Source: Octopus vulgaris (lineage: Eukaryota). Taken from it: a DNA stretch of 64,000 nt. The position numbers and the translations under genes were made by a program. The stretch lies in NCBI GenBank assembly GCA_951406725.2, contig OX597824.1:95480001-95544000 (forward strand). Reading direction: 5' to 3'. Each line of letters starts with the position of its first letter. Position 1 is the first letter of the stretch. Below the pieces are notes generated by a model that saw only the letters and a list, made by a program, of their open reading frames with translations, was not told the DNA's origin and ran no database searches. Positions 52,460-63,935 of the stretch are shown one piece after another.

Positions 52460-52725
52460 TATTATATGGTAAATTCGCCAAAAGCAGTCTGGTGAAGTTG
52501 CTGTGGGGAGTGAAAAATCCAAACTTTCAGACAGAGTCCTTCTTCAGGGAAATGTAAACAAGAGAAGAATTATTGAGAGGCAGCTGAGGACGTAAAACTT
52601 CGCTGATTGTCTTTAATTTTTTTTGTTGTCATCTTTTTAGTGAAGAAGGACTTTGTCCGAAACATTGGATTTGTGACTTAACCATGGCAAGTTCACCGTA
52701 CTTCTTCTGCGGATTTTACAACATA
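52460..52725. repeat. Inverted repeat with hammerhead-like arms
   Basis: Minus arm CCTGAAGAAGGACTCTGTCTGAAAGTTTGGAT; plus arm GTGAAGAAGGACTTTGTCCGAAACATTGGAT. Confidence 0.65.
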
Positions 52726-52842
52726 TGTGTGTGTGTGTGCATGGGTATGCGCACGTATATATGTATGCATGCATGCATGTACGCATATATGTATGTATGT
52801 ATGTATGTATGTATTAATGGATGGATGGATAGATGGATGTTA

Positions 52843-53145
52843 GGGTGTGTAGCCCAGTGGATAGTATGTTGCACTCACGGTCGTGAGATCGTGGGTTCAA
52901 TTCCTGGAGCAGGCGGTGCGTTGTGTTCATGAGCAAAGCACTTCATTTCACGTTGCTCTGCGATCGTTTTGACATCTGACATGTGGCGCACCCCGTGCAC
53001 CTGTACAGGCAAAGGAGAGGCTTAATAGCAGGGCTGAGCTAATATACAGCACAACCATTTGACCATGTAAGCAAATCATCTGTGCCGGTCGTTCAGTAAG
53101 AAATTGCAGAGAACTCACCTGTCATTTTCGACAGGAGAGTTCACG
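52843..53145 (+). mobile_element. tRNA-derived SINE with a V/CORE-like GTTGTGTTC(A/T)TGAGCAAAGCACTT domain
   Basis: A box TAGCCCAGTGG, B box GGTTCAATTCC. Related pieces at ~53545-53730 (+) and 57690-57945 (-). Confidence 0.6.
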
Positions 53146-54239
53146 ATGTATGTATGTATGTATATACGTACATATCTATGTTTACAATATTTAAAATTAT
53201 ACGAGGCATATATCTGATTTTCATACAGTTGCATTTAGATATACTCACACACACTCATATACTTCCACTCTTTGACAGGACACTACGGCGTTAGCTTAAT
53301 TTTTTCTTCTTTTACATCTCTATTTTGTTATATGAAGCTGAACTCATTGCACGTTGGATCAATAGTGTTACATGCTTGTATATACTTTGAAACTAAAAAA
53401 GCAGCGGATACTGTGTCCGTCTAACAGCAAAATAATAACCATTAATAGAATTATTCAATGAATGTCAGACATTAAATTACAATTTTTAATAATGAATTTG
53501 AAATCCCTTATTTTCTTACTTCGTACTTGATATCTATAGTTTTACGGAGATACATGGCTTAGCTGTTTTGGTTTCTGGATGGGGCGTTACATTGTATTCT
53601 TGAGCAAAACACTGCGTTTCATATCGCTCCAGTCTACTCAGCTGGCAAAAATGAATAATCCTCTTATGACGGACTGGCATCCCATCCAGGGAAGAATATA
53701 TATGCCAGGGAAACCAGGAAACTGGTTCTATGCTCCTTCAGGAATAATGTGGATTAACCATTTATAGGTAACGTCATTCTGTCTCAGATAAAATTCTTAG
53801 ATTAGCTGGTACCTATTTCCGACATTTATGTACAGGGACTTAAATGATCTGTTAAAATGCACTAAAGTAAAATTCTGTCAAACACCATATCGATCCACCC
53901 ATGCCAGAACCACAGGTACTCTAGAAGTGATCAAAGTTTTACTGCCCAGTCTTCGGTCTGTCAACTGAATTAGTTTTGTCGTGTCTTGGGAGGGTCATTA
54001 CGCTAATAATAACACGCACAGGTTCAGTATCACTTCTCTATTCTGAGTCAATTGGTTGCATATCTAACCAATTAACGAATCGATCGTTTGTTGGTTAAAC
54101 AATCAGTCGGGTTCTTGTTTGTTAGTCAAAACTATTTCGTTGCTGTTGGCGACCTTTTCAGTGACTTAGTGACTTCCCTTCTCGTTCCAATGTCTGCTCT
54201 GCATCTGTCTGAGAATTGGCCTTATGCCTCTGTGTATGT

Positions 54240-54243
54240 ATGG

Positions 54244-54290
<47 letters not shown>

Positions 54291-54361
54291 TGTGTTTATG
54301 TGTGTATAGATGTTTGGAGGCAAGAAGGGTGAGAGTAAACAAAGGGTTTGTGTATGTCTGT

Positions 54362-54412
<51 letters not shown>

Positions 54413-54446
54413 TGTGTATATGTGTGTGTGTATGTGTGTGCATATG

Positions 54447-54504
<58 letters not shown>

Positions 54505-54662
54505 TGCATATGTGTGTGTGTTGTGTGTGTATGTGTGTGCATATGTGTGTGTGTGTGTGTATATGTGTGTGTATATGTGTATGTGTGTGCATATGTGTGT
54601 GTGTGTGTGTGTATATGTGTGTGTGTATGTGTGTGTGTGTGTGTGCATATGTGTGTGTGTGC
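54240..54662. repeat. Compound (TG)n microsatellite
   Basis: Direct inspection. Confidence 0.95.
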
Positions 54663-55266
54663 TTAATCTTTTATCGGTCTATTGTTTCTTTCCAAGGTTG
54701 TTGATTAATTTTGGATAGGAAATCTAGGTACAATTAAAACACAACCAATAATTTATTACATCAGGAATAGTGTTTGTTATTGTTGTGTGTGTTGTGTTTG
54801 TTGTTGTGTTTATTGTTGTTGTGGTCGAGATGGATCTTTGTGTATAAGAAGCTTTGCAACCACGTGATTTCAGTTTCAGTCCCACTGCGAGACACTTTTG
54901 GCAAATGCCGTGGGTCAACCAATGCCTTGTGAGGAAATTTGGTTGACGGAAACTGTGAGGAAACCTGCCGTATGTGTGTGTATTTGTATTTGTCACCCCA
55001 TTATTGGTTGACAACCGGTGTTGGTTTGTTTATGTCACTGTAACTTAGTGATTCAGCAAAAAGAGATCAATAGAATCAGTACCAGGTTAAAAGAAATTAA
55101 TAATTGGAATCGATTTGTTCAACCAAATCCTTCAAGACGTGCCCCAGCATGGACACCAGTCCTATAACTGAAACAACAAGCAGAAAAATAAAAAGATAAA
55201 AACAGATTCCTTAGATTAAAATTTGGGAACAAGTTTTCCCTTTTCAAAACGTAGTTATATTAAAAA

Positions 55267-55481
55267 GGCAGTGACCTGAATAATAATAATAATAATAATA
55301 ATACCAAGCTACTTAACACACAGTCACTCCTATGCCTATAACAACAACAGCAACAACAACAACAACGAAAAATACCTTAGGAATGAGAACCCAGGTTCGA
55401 AATTTCCCCAAGACACCTGATGAAGTCTGGCGGGTTTATCAGCCGGAGGTCAAATATCTATCAAATGTAAATAATGTAAAT
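55267..55481 (+). mobile_element. Second, damaged copy of the 26.5 kb tRNA/hammerhead element
   Basis: GGCAGTGACCTGAATAAT...AATACCTTAGGAATGAGAACCCAGGTTCGAAATTTCCCCAAGACACCTGATGAAG...ATCAGCCG; GAAAC deleted. Confidence 0.75.
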
Positions 55482-56081
55482 TAAAAAGTGTTACTCATTT
55501 TCAAAAGCAGTCAAAGAACTAGAAATATATCTTCGGTAAGATTCTTTAGATTTTCAAGAAAAAAGAATTCTAAGCTATCTAAGGAATATAATTGAGGCCA
55601 TTCCAAGAAGTAACAGACATTAAGAGATGAAATTATTAAATGGTTCTTCCACGCCATGGTTAGCATTTTAAGTATGTGAATAATATTTTGCTTGCATTTG
55701 TGATTATATCTTCATCATAACTCACAAGTTCACAACAAGAATCTTACAAGCCAAATACAAAGACGAAATACCATTTTTAAGTTTCTGAAAGTGTCACAGT
55801 ATAATGTCCATTTGTGGTTTCGTTATTGAAAGCACACGGCTTTTATCACCTCTAAAACTGAGGCAGCTATTACAAAACATTCGTGATCTTTATCCATGTA
55901 ATTAAAAATTAATATAAATACACTTATAAATCGTCGGATTGAGATTCCCTATTGTTTCCATTTAATGTACATTTTAATCTTCCTCCCCCGTGCTCTTTCT
56001 CTTTCCATGTAATCCCAGCCGATTTACTTTGAACGCAATTTACTTATATCTCCAAAGGAATTTCTGAGAGCAAACTCTTGC

Positions 56082-56470
56082 TGACGTCATCACGAGGTAG
56101 GAGGCGGCAGTAATGTTTGTTGCCTGTGCCCTAAATACTTCCTTGGAAATCGGTCATTTGAATCCAAGGAAGACAAAGTTAGCAGAGTATGAAATAGCCT
56201 TAATCCTTATTATCGCTATTGTTGTCAGATATAATCCTGAAGCCTTTTACAATGTCTTTCAAACAAAAATTTAATTCGTTCGCTGTTGTTAGTTTTCATA
56301 ATGTATTGTCGAACAAAATATTTTGGGGCAGATGTTTTCAATCACAATTGGGGTTTAACCGACTTTTACTTCGCTGCTGAAGTCAATCAGTATCTTAATT
56401 CGTTATACTTTATTTTTATTTTTATTCCTGTTTATAAAGAAACACGTTGTCCTCTCCCAAACATTATACA
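56082..56470 (+). promoter_or_regulatory. Promoter of the bZIP gene: CRE, TATA box and Inr
   Basis: TGACGTCA at 56082-56089, TATAAAGA at 56433-56440, Inr-like CATT ~30 nt downstream (TSS ~56463), then ATG at 56488 with A at -3. Confidence 0.65.
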
Positions 56471-56487
56471 TTTGTTTGTTTATCAAT

Positions 56488-56533
56488 ATGATGATATCAG
56501 GGTCGGCATTTGTTTCGTTCAAATCATATCAAA
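56488..56533 (+). CDS. ATF3-like: ATF3/Fos-like bZIP gene, coding exon 1 (MMISGSAFVSFKSYQ-K)
   Basis: ATG ATG 25 nt after the predicted TSS, strong donor AAA|GTAAGT at 56534. 46 nt (phase 1), exactly in frame with the exon starting at 59032. Confidence 0.65.
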
Positions 56534-58663
56534 GTAAGTGCTGTTTTTGATTCTTTCGGGGCTGGGATAGGAGTCGATAAAATAACGAACTAATGATGCT
56601 CTGGAGTCGATGCAATCCACTAACCCTCACCTTCCAAATTTCAACTTTGTGTCAGTGTTAGAAATGGATTTTAAAAGCAGTGGATTGGCACAATCCCCGG
56701 GAGCGTCGGAGTCGGACATTGTGCCTTGAAACATTTACTTATTTATGACCCCTTTTTTTGTATTACAAATTGTTATTGCTGCTGTTGTTGCTAATGCAGT
56801 TGTTGTTGTTGTAGTTGTAGCTGCTGCTGTTGTTTTTGTTGTTGATGATGATGATAATGATAAAATAGATACTAGTTGAGTATTAAGGTCAATGTAATCG
56901 ATTTAACCCCTCTGCTAAAATTGCTGACCTTGTGCCAAAAACCTGAAATCAATATTAGTTATAGGTTCACTTATAGAATTATTAATTTACCAATACCATT
57001 TTTGTACCTAGGGTAAATGTGGTTTCTTTGTTGTAGTTTAATCAATAATGTTAGTCTTTAATCCTTCCTAGAATTAAGATTGAATGAATGTGGTGGTATC
57101 TAAGGTTTGTTTCTCCCCAAACAACACTTATTTCAGTGCTGTTGACACCACCGGATTGAATGGTACTGCCCAAGTGTCGAAACCATAAAGATATCCATGG
57201 GGCAGCTGATGATGGAGGTGTGTTGGATTGTTGGTAGGGGCTGTTATTGTATGTGCGGAATAGTTTTATAAGACATACATTTGATTTTTTTTCCTTGTTG
57301 CAGTCCGTTACTTATCGTATTTGATGGCATATAAGACATACTTTTTTTCCCAAAGAATATCTCAAAAAAAAAAAAAATTCACTCTGGGTCTATATCTTAA
57401 GTTAGGCCTATATTATGTGCATTAATGCACTAAAAGCTATTTTTCCTGAATATGTGCTGCTAAAATTGGGATGCATTTATTATGCCTGTGCATCTTTTGT
57501 GCCTTCAAACACGGTAAATTTATTCTTAGTTAATGCCATTTCATTTTATATGTACCACTAACCGTAGTGGGGAAGTGAAAAGATCTTTATCGCTAATATG
57601 CTCTCTTCTGAATAAGTAAGATCTAATGTCACCGTTTCACTGTATCACTGCATCAACCAGAGTATTGGTTGTGGTTAAACACCCCTGATCCCAATGCGCT
57701 TTCTCACATTGTTGTGGCTTTCAAATGATGCCACTCTGTTGGTTAAGCCGGGCAGACCAACATTCTCCTTACTCTGGACTCCAGTCCGTCACAAGGACCC
57801 GCTGGAAGCAACATGAAATGAAGGGTTTTGCTCAAGAACACGATGCACTGCCCAATCCCGGAACGATATTTTCTTTTTGTTTTTTTTTTTTTTGGATATT
57901 CTTTGGGAATTGAAACCACAATCTTGCGATCATGAATGAAGGCCATGCTCATTATGTATATGAAATCAATAATTTCGTATTTGTCACATGTTCTGAAATA
58001 ATCAATGGATAAATTTATTGCATGGCACGTATTTTTTCAACTCTTAAAAATTAGTTCTTTTGTATATTTTCAATCTGAAAGATTCTTTTGGGGTGGTGAT
58101 TCATGCTCCTTAATCCATGGGCACTTAGGCTGTTCCGAGGACCTTACGAATTTAGGGACCCAATGATGGTAGTGATGATAATGATGATAATGGTGGTGGT
58201 GGTGATGGTGGTAGTGGTGATGATGATGATGATGATGATGAGACAATGGCTGTTGCCTGAGGATGCTACCAGTTTAGGGGCTCAATGATGGTAGTGGTGG
58301 TGATGATGATGATGATGATAGCGCTGGTGGCAGTGGTGGTGGGGGTGATGATGAGGATGATGATATGTATATGTTTATATGTCTGTGTTTGTCCTCCCAC
58401 CATCACTTGAAAACTGTTGTTGGTGCGTTTACGTCGCCATAACTTATCGGTTCAGCTAAAGAGCCCGATAAAATAAATACTAAGCTTACAAAGAATAAGT
58501 CCTGGGGTCGATTTGTTCGACTAAAGGTGGTGCTCCAGCATGGCCGCAGTCAAGTGACTGAAACGAGTAAAAGACGTTATTTATTGTTCGCGCTCAAAAT
58601 CTGTTTTTTTTTCTATATTTATTTTTCCATTCTAAAAGACTTTTTGGAGGAGATGACTATTCT

Positions 58664-58963
58664 CGACTTTGCCTTTCATCCTTTCGGGATCGATTGAATA
58701 AGTACCAGTTACGCACTGGGGTCGATATAATCGACTAAATCCGTTTGTCTGTCCTTGTTTGTCCTCTCTGTGTTCAGCCCCTTGTGGGCAATAAAGAAAT
58801 AGGTATTTCACCTGTTGCTATGTCCTGAGTTCAAATTCCTCCATGGTCACTTTGCCTCTCATCATTTCGGGGTCGATAAATTAAGTACCAGTGAAACACT
58901 GGGGGTCGATGTAATTTACTAGTCCTCTCCCCCAAAATTTTGGGCCTTGTGCCTATAGTAGAA
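58664..58963 (+). mobile_element. SINE family B dimer, 5'-truncated, in bZIP intron 1
   Basis: Junction AAAGAAATA|GGTATTTC at 58801/58802. Confidence 0.8.
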
Positions 58964-59031
58964 ACCCTAAAAATTTGCCCTTTTCTATAAATAGATAAAT
59001 AAATATATATTTTTTTCTCTCATTCTTAAAG

Positions 59032-59324
59032 AATCTTTTGGCGAGATGACTAATCTTGATTTCTGCCAAGATTTGAAGAACTATCCGTTTGTGGAGACGC
59101 CAGAACCTATGAAAGGTGATGTTTGTCCAGAAAACGACTCCTATGATAATGTCAGCGATAACGAAAAAGATTCTCAACTGAAGGAAGCCGTTGAGAAAGT
59201 CAACGAGACAGGGGACATGATTCATATCATAAAACAGGAACTGAAATGCCAGATATTGTACAAGAGGTTCCAGGAAGGAAAGAATGCTGTCGATACAGAA
59301 GTGAAACCTCCCATACAATACGAG
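59032..59324 (+). CDS. ATF3-like: ATF3/Fos-like bZIP gene, exon 2 (SFGEMTNLDF...IIKQELKCQILYKRFQEGK...PPIQYE)
   Basis: Pyrimidine tract plus AAG acceptor at 59029-59031, donor GAG|GTAATT. IKQELKCQI resembles the ATF3 VKEELRFAIQ motif upstream of the basic region. Confidence 0.85.
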
Positions 59325-59721
59325 GTAATTAGAAAACATTTCTTATTTTGTTAATTATCTGTTATTATCGTTTATCTCTTGCATGTTTCTGTCGTAGGAC
59401 TGTGGCCATGCTAGAGCATCGCCTTATTAGGTTTTTAGTTGAAATAATCGGTCGTAATATTTAGGGGATTTTTGTTTGTTTTCTTTTTTTCATGTCTGAT
59501 ACTTATTCTGTCAGTCTCTTTTTGACCAACCGCTAAGTTACTGGGACCTAAACACACCGACACTAGTTGTCAAGTGGTGATGGGTATGCGCGCACACGAA
59601 CACATTCATGCATATATACATATATATATATATACACACATACATGCATGTATACATACATACATATATAGCAATAAGAAAATGGAGGGGATCAATAGTT
59701 GGTTCATCAACTTTTAGACAT

Positions 59722-59940
59722 TATATTATGTTAACTTATTTATTTATTTACTAAAATTACAAGAATATACATACATGTATAACATATTATGCTTTACATA
59801 TAAAACATTTTAATAATAATTACTGGTATCTTTATATATTAATATATCTTATATGTAAAGCATAATATGTTATACCTATATGTATATTCTTGTAATTGTC
59901 AGTTTAGTAAATAAATAAATAAATAAGTTAAAATAATATC
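59722..59940. repeat. AT-rich palindrome in bZIP intron 2
   Basis: TTAACTTATTTATTTATTTACTAAAATTACAAGAATATACATA..GTATAACATATTATGCTTTACATATAA and its near-exact reverse complement. Confidence 0.85.
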
Positions 59941-60719
59941 ATCATCGTCATCATTATTATAATAATCCTCCTCCTCCTCATCATCTTCATCATACAAGAA
60001 TTTGTTTCCAACGTACACTTGATTATTGCCGTCATTGTTGTTAATGATTAACTCCGGCGCAAGCCTGATCGAGAAGACCAGCGATGAAAAGCATTCCTGC
60101 TATGACCATCCCATCGCTTTAAGACTATGCCAAAATATGTTATCTAATGTAGTTTTCCCTTTCCCATGACAACAGTGCGTGATTTAAGGGAGATCTGGTT
60201 GCTATTTCGAGCATCCACGCCGAGGCTCCTGTATCGACCAGATCAGCTTGTCTGCTTGGTACAAAGTTTCTTTGATCTCATTAAAGAAAAAAATCTACGT
60301 AGCATTGCTTTCATTGCCAGTTATCTGACATTCATTGGGGTGTGCTTTCGTTTGTTTGCCAAAACATGTTTCCACTTTGTTTAGTAATAAGAACAACCTT
60401 AAAATAATTTATCAAGTAGAAGTCGAATTTTTCAAACCATTTTTCAAGGCCGAATGTAAGAGGTCAACTTTCATATGAATGCTCTTCTTCAGGGAGTGAA
60501 ATTCAGGTTCCATTTGGATCTGAGTGTTAATTATCAAAAACCCTAATTTATGTTTGCTAATTGGCACTCCGTCGGTTGTGACGACGAGGGTTCCAGTTGA
60601 ACCTAGTAATGGAACAAACCTGCTGGTGAGATTAACGTGCAATTGGCTTAGCGCTCCACCGACACGCGAACCCTTGACGTAGTTCTTAGTGAGATTCAAT
60701 GTGACATGGTTGGCCCTTT

Positions 60720-60996
60720 GATAAATTAAGTACCAGTTACACACTGGGGTTGATGTAATCAACTTAATCCATTTGTCTGTCCTTGTTTGTCCCCTCTGTG
60801 TTTAGCCCCTTTTGGGTAGTAAAGAAATAGGTATTTCGTCTGTCTTTACGTTCTGAGTTCAAATTCCGCCGAGGTCGACTTTGCCTTTCATCCTTTCGGA
60901 GTCGATAAATTAAGTAACAGTTGCGTACTGGGTCGATGTACTCGACTGGCCTCCTCCCCTCAAATTTCGGGCCTTGTGCCTAGAGTAGAAAAGAAT
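60720..60996 (+). mobile_element. SINE family B dimer, 5'-truncated, in bZIP intron 2
   Basis: Junction at 60829/60830. Confidence 0.8.
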
Positions 60997-61111
60997 TTAA
61001 TTCCTTCCCTGCTAAAGTAACTGCAACTTCAGTTGTGGTTATTTCACAGACCGTCTTTCAGTCGTACTCATGAGGTGAGCAGAAGTTATTTAATTCTTGT
61101 TTCTGTTGCAG

Positions 61112-61219
61112 CTACGGCCAGAAGAAGAGACGAGAATTTTGAGGAGACGAGAGCAAAACAGGAAAGCGGCACAGAGATGCCGTCTGAGGAAGAAGAACAA
61201 AATGGAAGAATTGGAAGAT
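61112..61219 (+). CDS. ATF3-like: ATF3/Fos-like bZIP gene, exon 3: basic region LRPEEETRILRRREQNRKAAQRCRLRKKNKMEELED
   Basis: Acceptor TGTTGCAG, donor GAT|GTAAGT, 108 nt, phase 0-0, the same size as the Fos/ATF3 basic-region exon. Invariant N-x7-R with AA..CR. Confidence 0.93.
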
Positions 61220-61953
61220 GTAAGTTTTAATCAATAATTCTGGGGCTGGTGGTGTTGGTGTTGCATTTCGCTGCTGTTGTTGTTGTTGTTAAGCAACAAG
61301 ACGGGTAAGGGTGATTAGGTGATGGTCTAGGGCTTAGGGGTGGGAGACTCCAGACCTTGGAAGAAAGAAAAAAAGAAATAGGTATTTCATCTGTCTTTAC
61401 GTTCTGAGTCCAAATTCCGCCGAGGTCGACTTTGCCTTTCATCCTTTCGGAGTCAATAAATTAAGTACCAGTTGCATGCTGGGGTCGATCTAATTGACCG
61501 GCCCCCTCCCCCCAAAATTTCGGGCCTTGTGCCAAGAGTAGAAAAGAATATATATATATACCTTTTTTATTTGTTGGTTAACAAGGCAACCAATGGTTTC
61601 ATGTGAAGTGATATTCACAATTGTTTAAGCGTGCCACATGGAAGTGTTGGTACTCGTTCGACAACCGTGTACACACACACACACACATCAGTGTATTTGG
61701 GTTACTGGTATACAGTGTCATCATTAGGTTTAACTTGGTTAAATAGTGTGACTAGATTCTTAAAGATATGGGATTTCTAGTACTATCTATATATGGATCT
61801 ATCTATCTGTCTATCTATTTGGCTATGTCTACTTGTCTATCTATCTGTCTAGCTGGCTAGCTACCTACCTATCTACCTACTTACCTGCCTACCTTTCTGA
61901 TTGGCTGTCTGTCCAATTATCAATTTACTTATTTATTTATTTATTTATTCCAG

Positions 61954-62109
61954 AACCAGAGATATATGCTGAAAGAGAAAGAGAACTACGAACGGTTAAT
62001 CAGTCAGTTACAGAAGGAAAACAACCAGCTGCGTTTATTAGTACAGAACTACTCAACGTATTATCCAGCCTTAAACTGGGGAGAAAACGCTTCCTACCCG
62101 TGTACATAA
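61954..62109 (+). CDS. ATF3-like: ATF3/Fos-like bZIP gene, last exon: zipper NQRYMLKEKENYERLISQLQKENNQLRLLVQNY...YPCT*
   Basis: Acceptor TTCCAG at 61951-61953, heptad register continues from exon 3, stop TAA at 62107-62109. Total protein ~200 aa. Confidence 0.88.
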   Translation, partial: NQRYMLKEKENYERLISQLQKENNQLRLLVQNYSTYYPALNWGENASYPCT

Positions 62110-62639
62110 AACTCACATCCTCTCTCCGCTTCTTTCTCCCTTTTTCTTTCAAATGTGCCGAAACTCTACAAAGCAAAATGGTTTTTGGACTCTGTGCTGA
62201 TGGAAGCAATGATCTCAATTTGTATATATTTATAACTAACACTAGTCGGAAAAGCCTGACAAATACTGGTACCGTCACTGAAGCTTGGCTGTTTGATGCT
62301 AATGAATTCGGATTAGAATTTGGTGGTCATGTTGTGGTGGTGATAGTAGGGGGCAGCGAGCATAAAGAACAAAGTAACAAAAAACATTTTCTCTAAAAAA
62401 AAAATGCCTATATATTATATTATTAATGATTTCTGTCATTTCCCTTTAAAGACCACCTACATTAATTAACGACAAATTACTAAAAACTAATTGCTACAAT
62501 AGTCGTTCTTTTTCTTTTTTGTAAATTACGTTCCTTTTTTTTTCTCTTTTACTCTTTGAGGAAAAAAAATTAATCCAATAATTATAGTTTCAAGAACCAC
62601 AATAACGATCAAATTTTTTTACATAAAACACGGTCGAAT

Positions 62640-62850
62640 AATGAGCGTTGGGCTCAATCCCATTGAAATTTCAAACTTCTTAAGGCAACTGGAAATCCCA
62701 TGTAAGACTGATGTTTTGCAAAAAGCAGCCTCATTGGGCTCATCTTAAGGAAAGCATTATCTGTCTGAGGTCCTTGTTGTGACTCGGCAGATGACCAAAG
62801 ACTCCGGTGAATTTTTACATACAGTATGTTATGAAGGAAGAATAATAATG
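62640..62850 (+). mobile_element. R4/Dong-type (RLE) LINE 3' end with (AAT)n tail
   Basis: Frameshifted ALGSIP...NFLRQLEIPCKTDVLQKAASLG..LRKALSV*, matching the LQKAALLGTAHILRKVL C-terminus of this clade. Confidence 0.7.
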
Positions 62851-62981
62851 ATAATAATGATAATAATAATAATAATAATTATAATAATAATAAAAAAAAT
62901 TCTTGTTTATTTTTAATAATAATAATGATAATAATAATAATAATAATAATAATAGTGATGATAATAATAATAATGATGATG

Positions 62982-63019
<38 letters not shown>

Positions 63020-63273
63020 TTCTCATTTATTTTTAATAATTAATAATAATAATAATAATAGTGATGATAATAATAATGATGATGATAATAATAATAATGA
63101 TAATAATGATGATGATAATAATAATAAAAATAATAATAATAATAAAACATTCTCATTTATTTTTAATAATTAATAATAATAATAATAATAGTGATGATAA
63201 TAATAATGATGATGATAATAATAATAATGATAATAATAATAATAATAATGATAATAATAATAATAATAATAAT

Positions 63274-63315
<42 letters not shown>

Positions 63316-63377
63316 TTCTCGTTTATTTTTAATAATTAATAATAATAATAATAATAGTGATGATAATAATAATGATG

Positions 63378-63420
<43 letters not shown>
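62841..63420. repeat. (AAT)n array with a higher-order unit repeated four times
   Basis: Spacer AAA(A/C)ATTCT(C/T)(A/G)TTTATTTTTAATAAT recurs at ~62895, 63014, 63144 and 63310. Confidence 0.9.
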
Positions 63421-63878
63421 GGTTACAGCAAATATTCTGCTCAATACCACAGATTTGCTTGTCAGTTGTTTGACCTTAACCAGTTGAGCATGTCCCTTAG
63501 TGGCTGACGATATGTGCATCTCTGATCACAAGCAGGAGTAGTGGGGGAGCATCATAGCCATGCGTTGAAAGGAATTCTTGGAGGTTTGAATAATTCACCT
63601 CTGGAAACATGGGTAGTTCGTTCAACATCCTTAAACAACCCTTATTCAGGGACCTCTTGAGTGGGATGGGCTACTCGACCAGAAGAAAATTCTAACTGGG
63701 CCCCCACCTGCAAGGTCATGTGCTGTTTATCTTGATATGAGATCACCATGTCACGCACATATGGTTGTGATGCATGTGCCTGGTGTACCCTTATCAGACG
63801 GGTAGTCATGATGGGTGTACTGGGCTTCGTATATTTTACCCCAGTGTCACTTTGATGGCATGCACTGCTCTCTCACTC
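63421..63878 (+). mobile_element. Family D, 5'-truncated copy
   Basis: Colinear with 50974-51430. Confidence 0.85.

Positions 63879-63935
<57 letters not shown>

Noticed and set aside
50645-54718. Poly-N/I, IYIY, HTHT and CVCV ORFs
   Set aside because: Translations of microsatellites.
56301-59053. ATF4-style overlapping uORF (ATG 56301 spliced to stop at 59051-59053)
   Set aside because: The ATG lies upstream of the TATA/Inr-predicted TSS (~56463). It would matter only if an upstream TSS exists.
61833-62396. 187-aa plus ORF (and 61033-61230) as the real products
   Set aside because: Both overlap true exons in the wrong frame; the spliced frame gives the bZIP domain.
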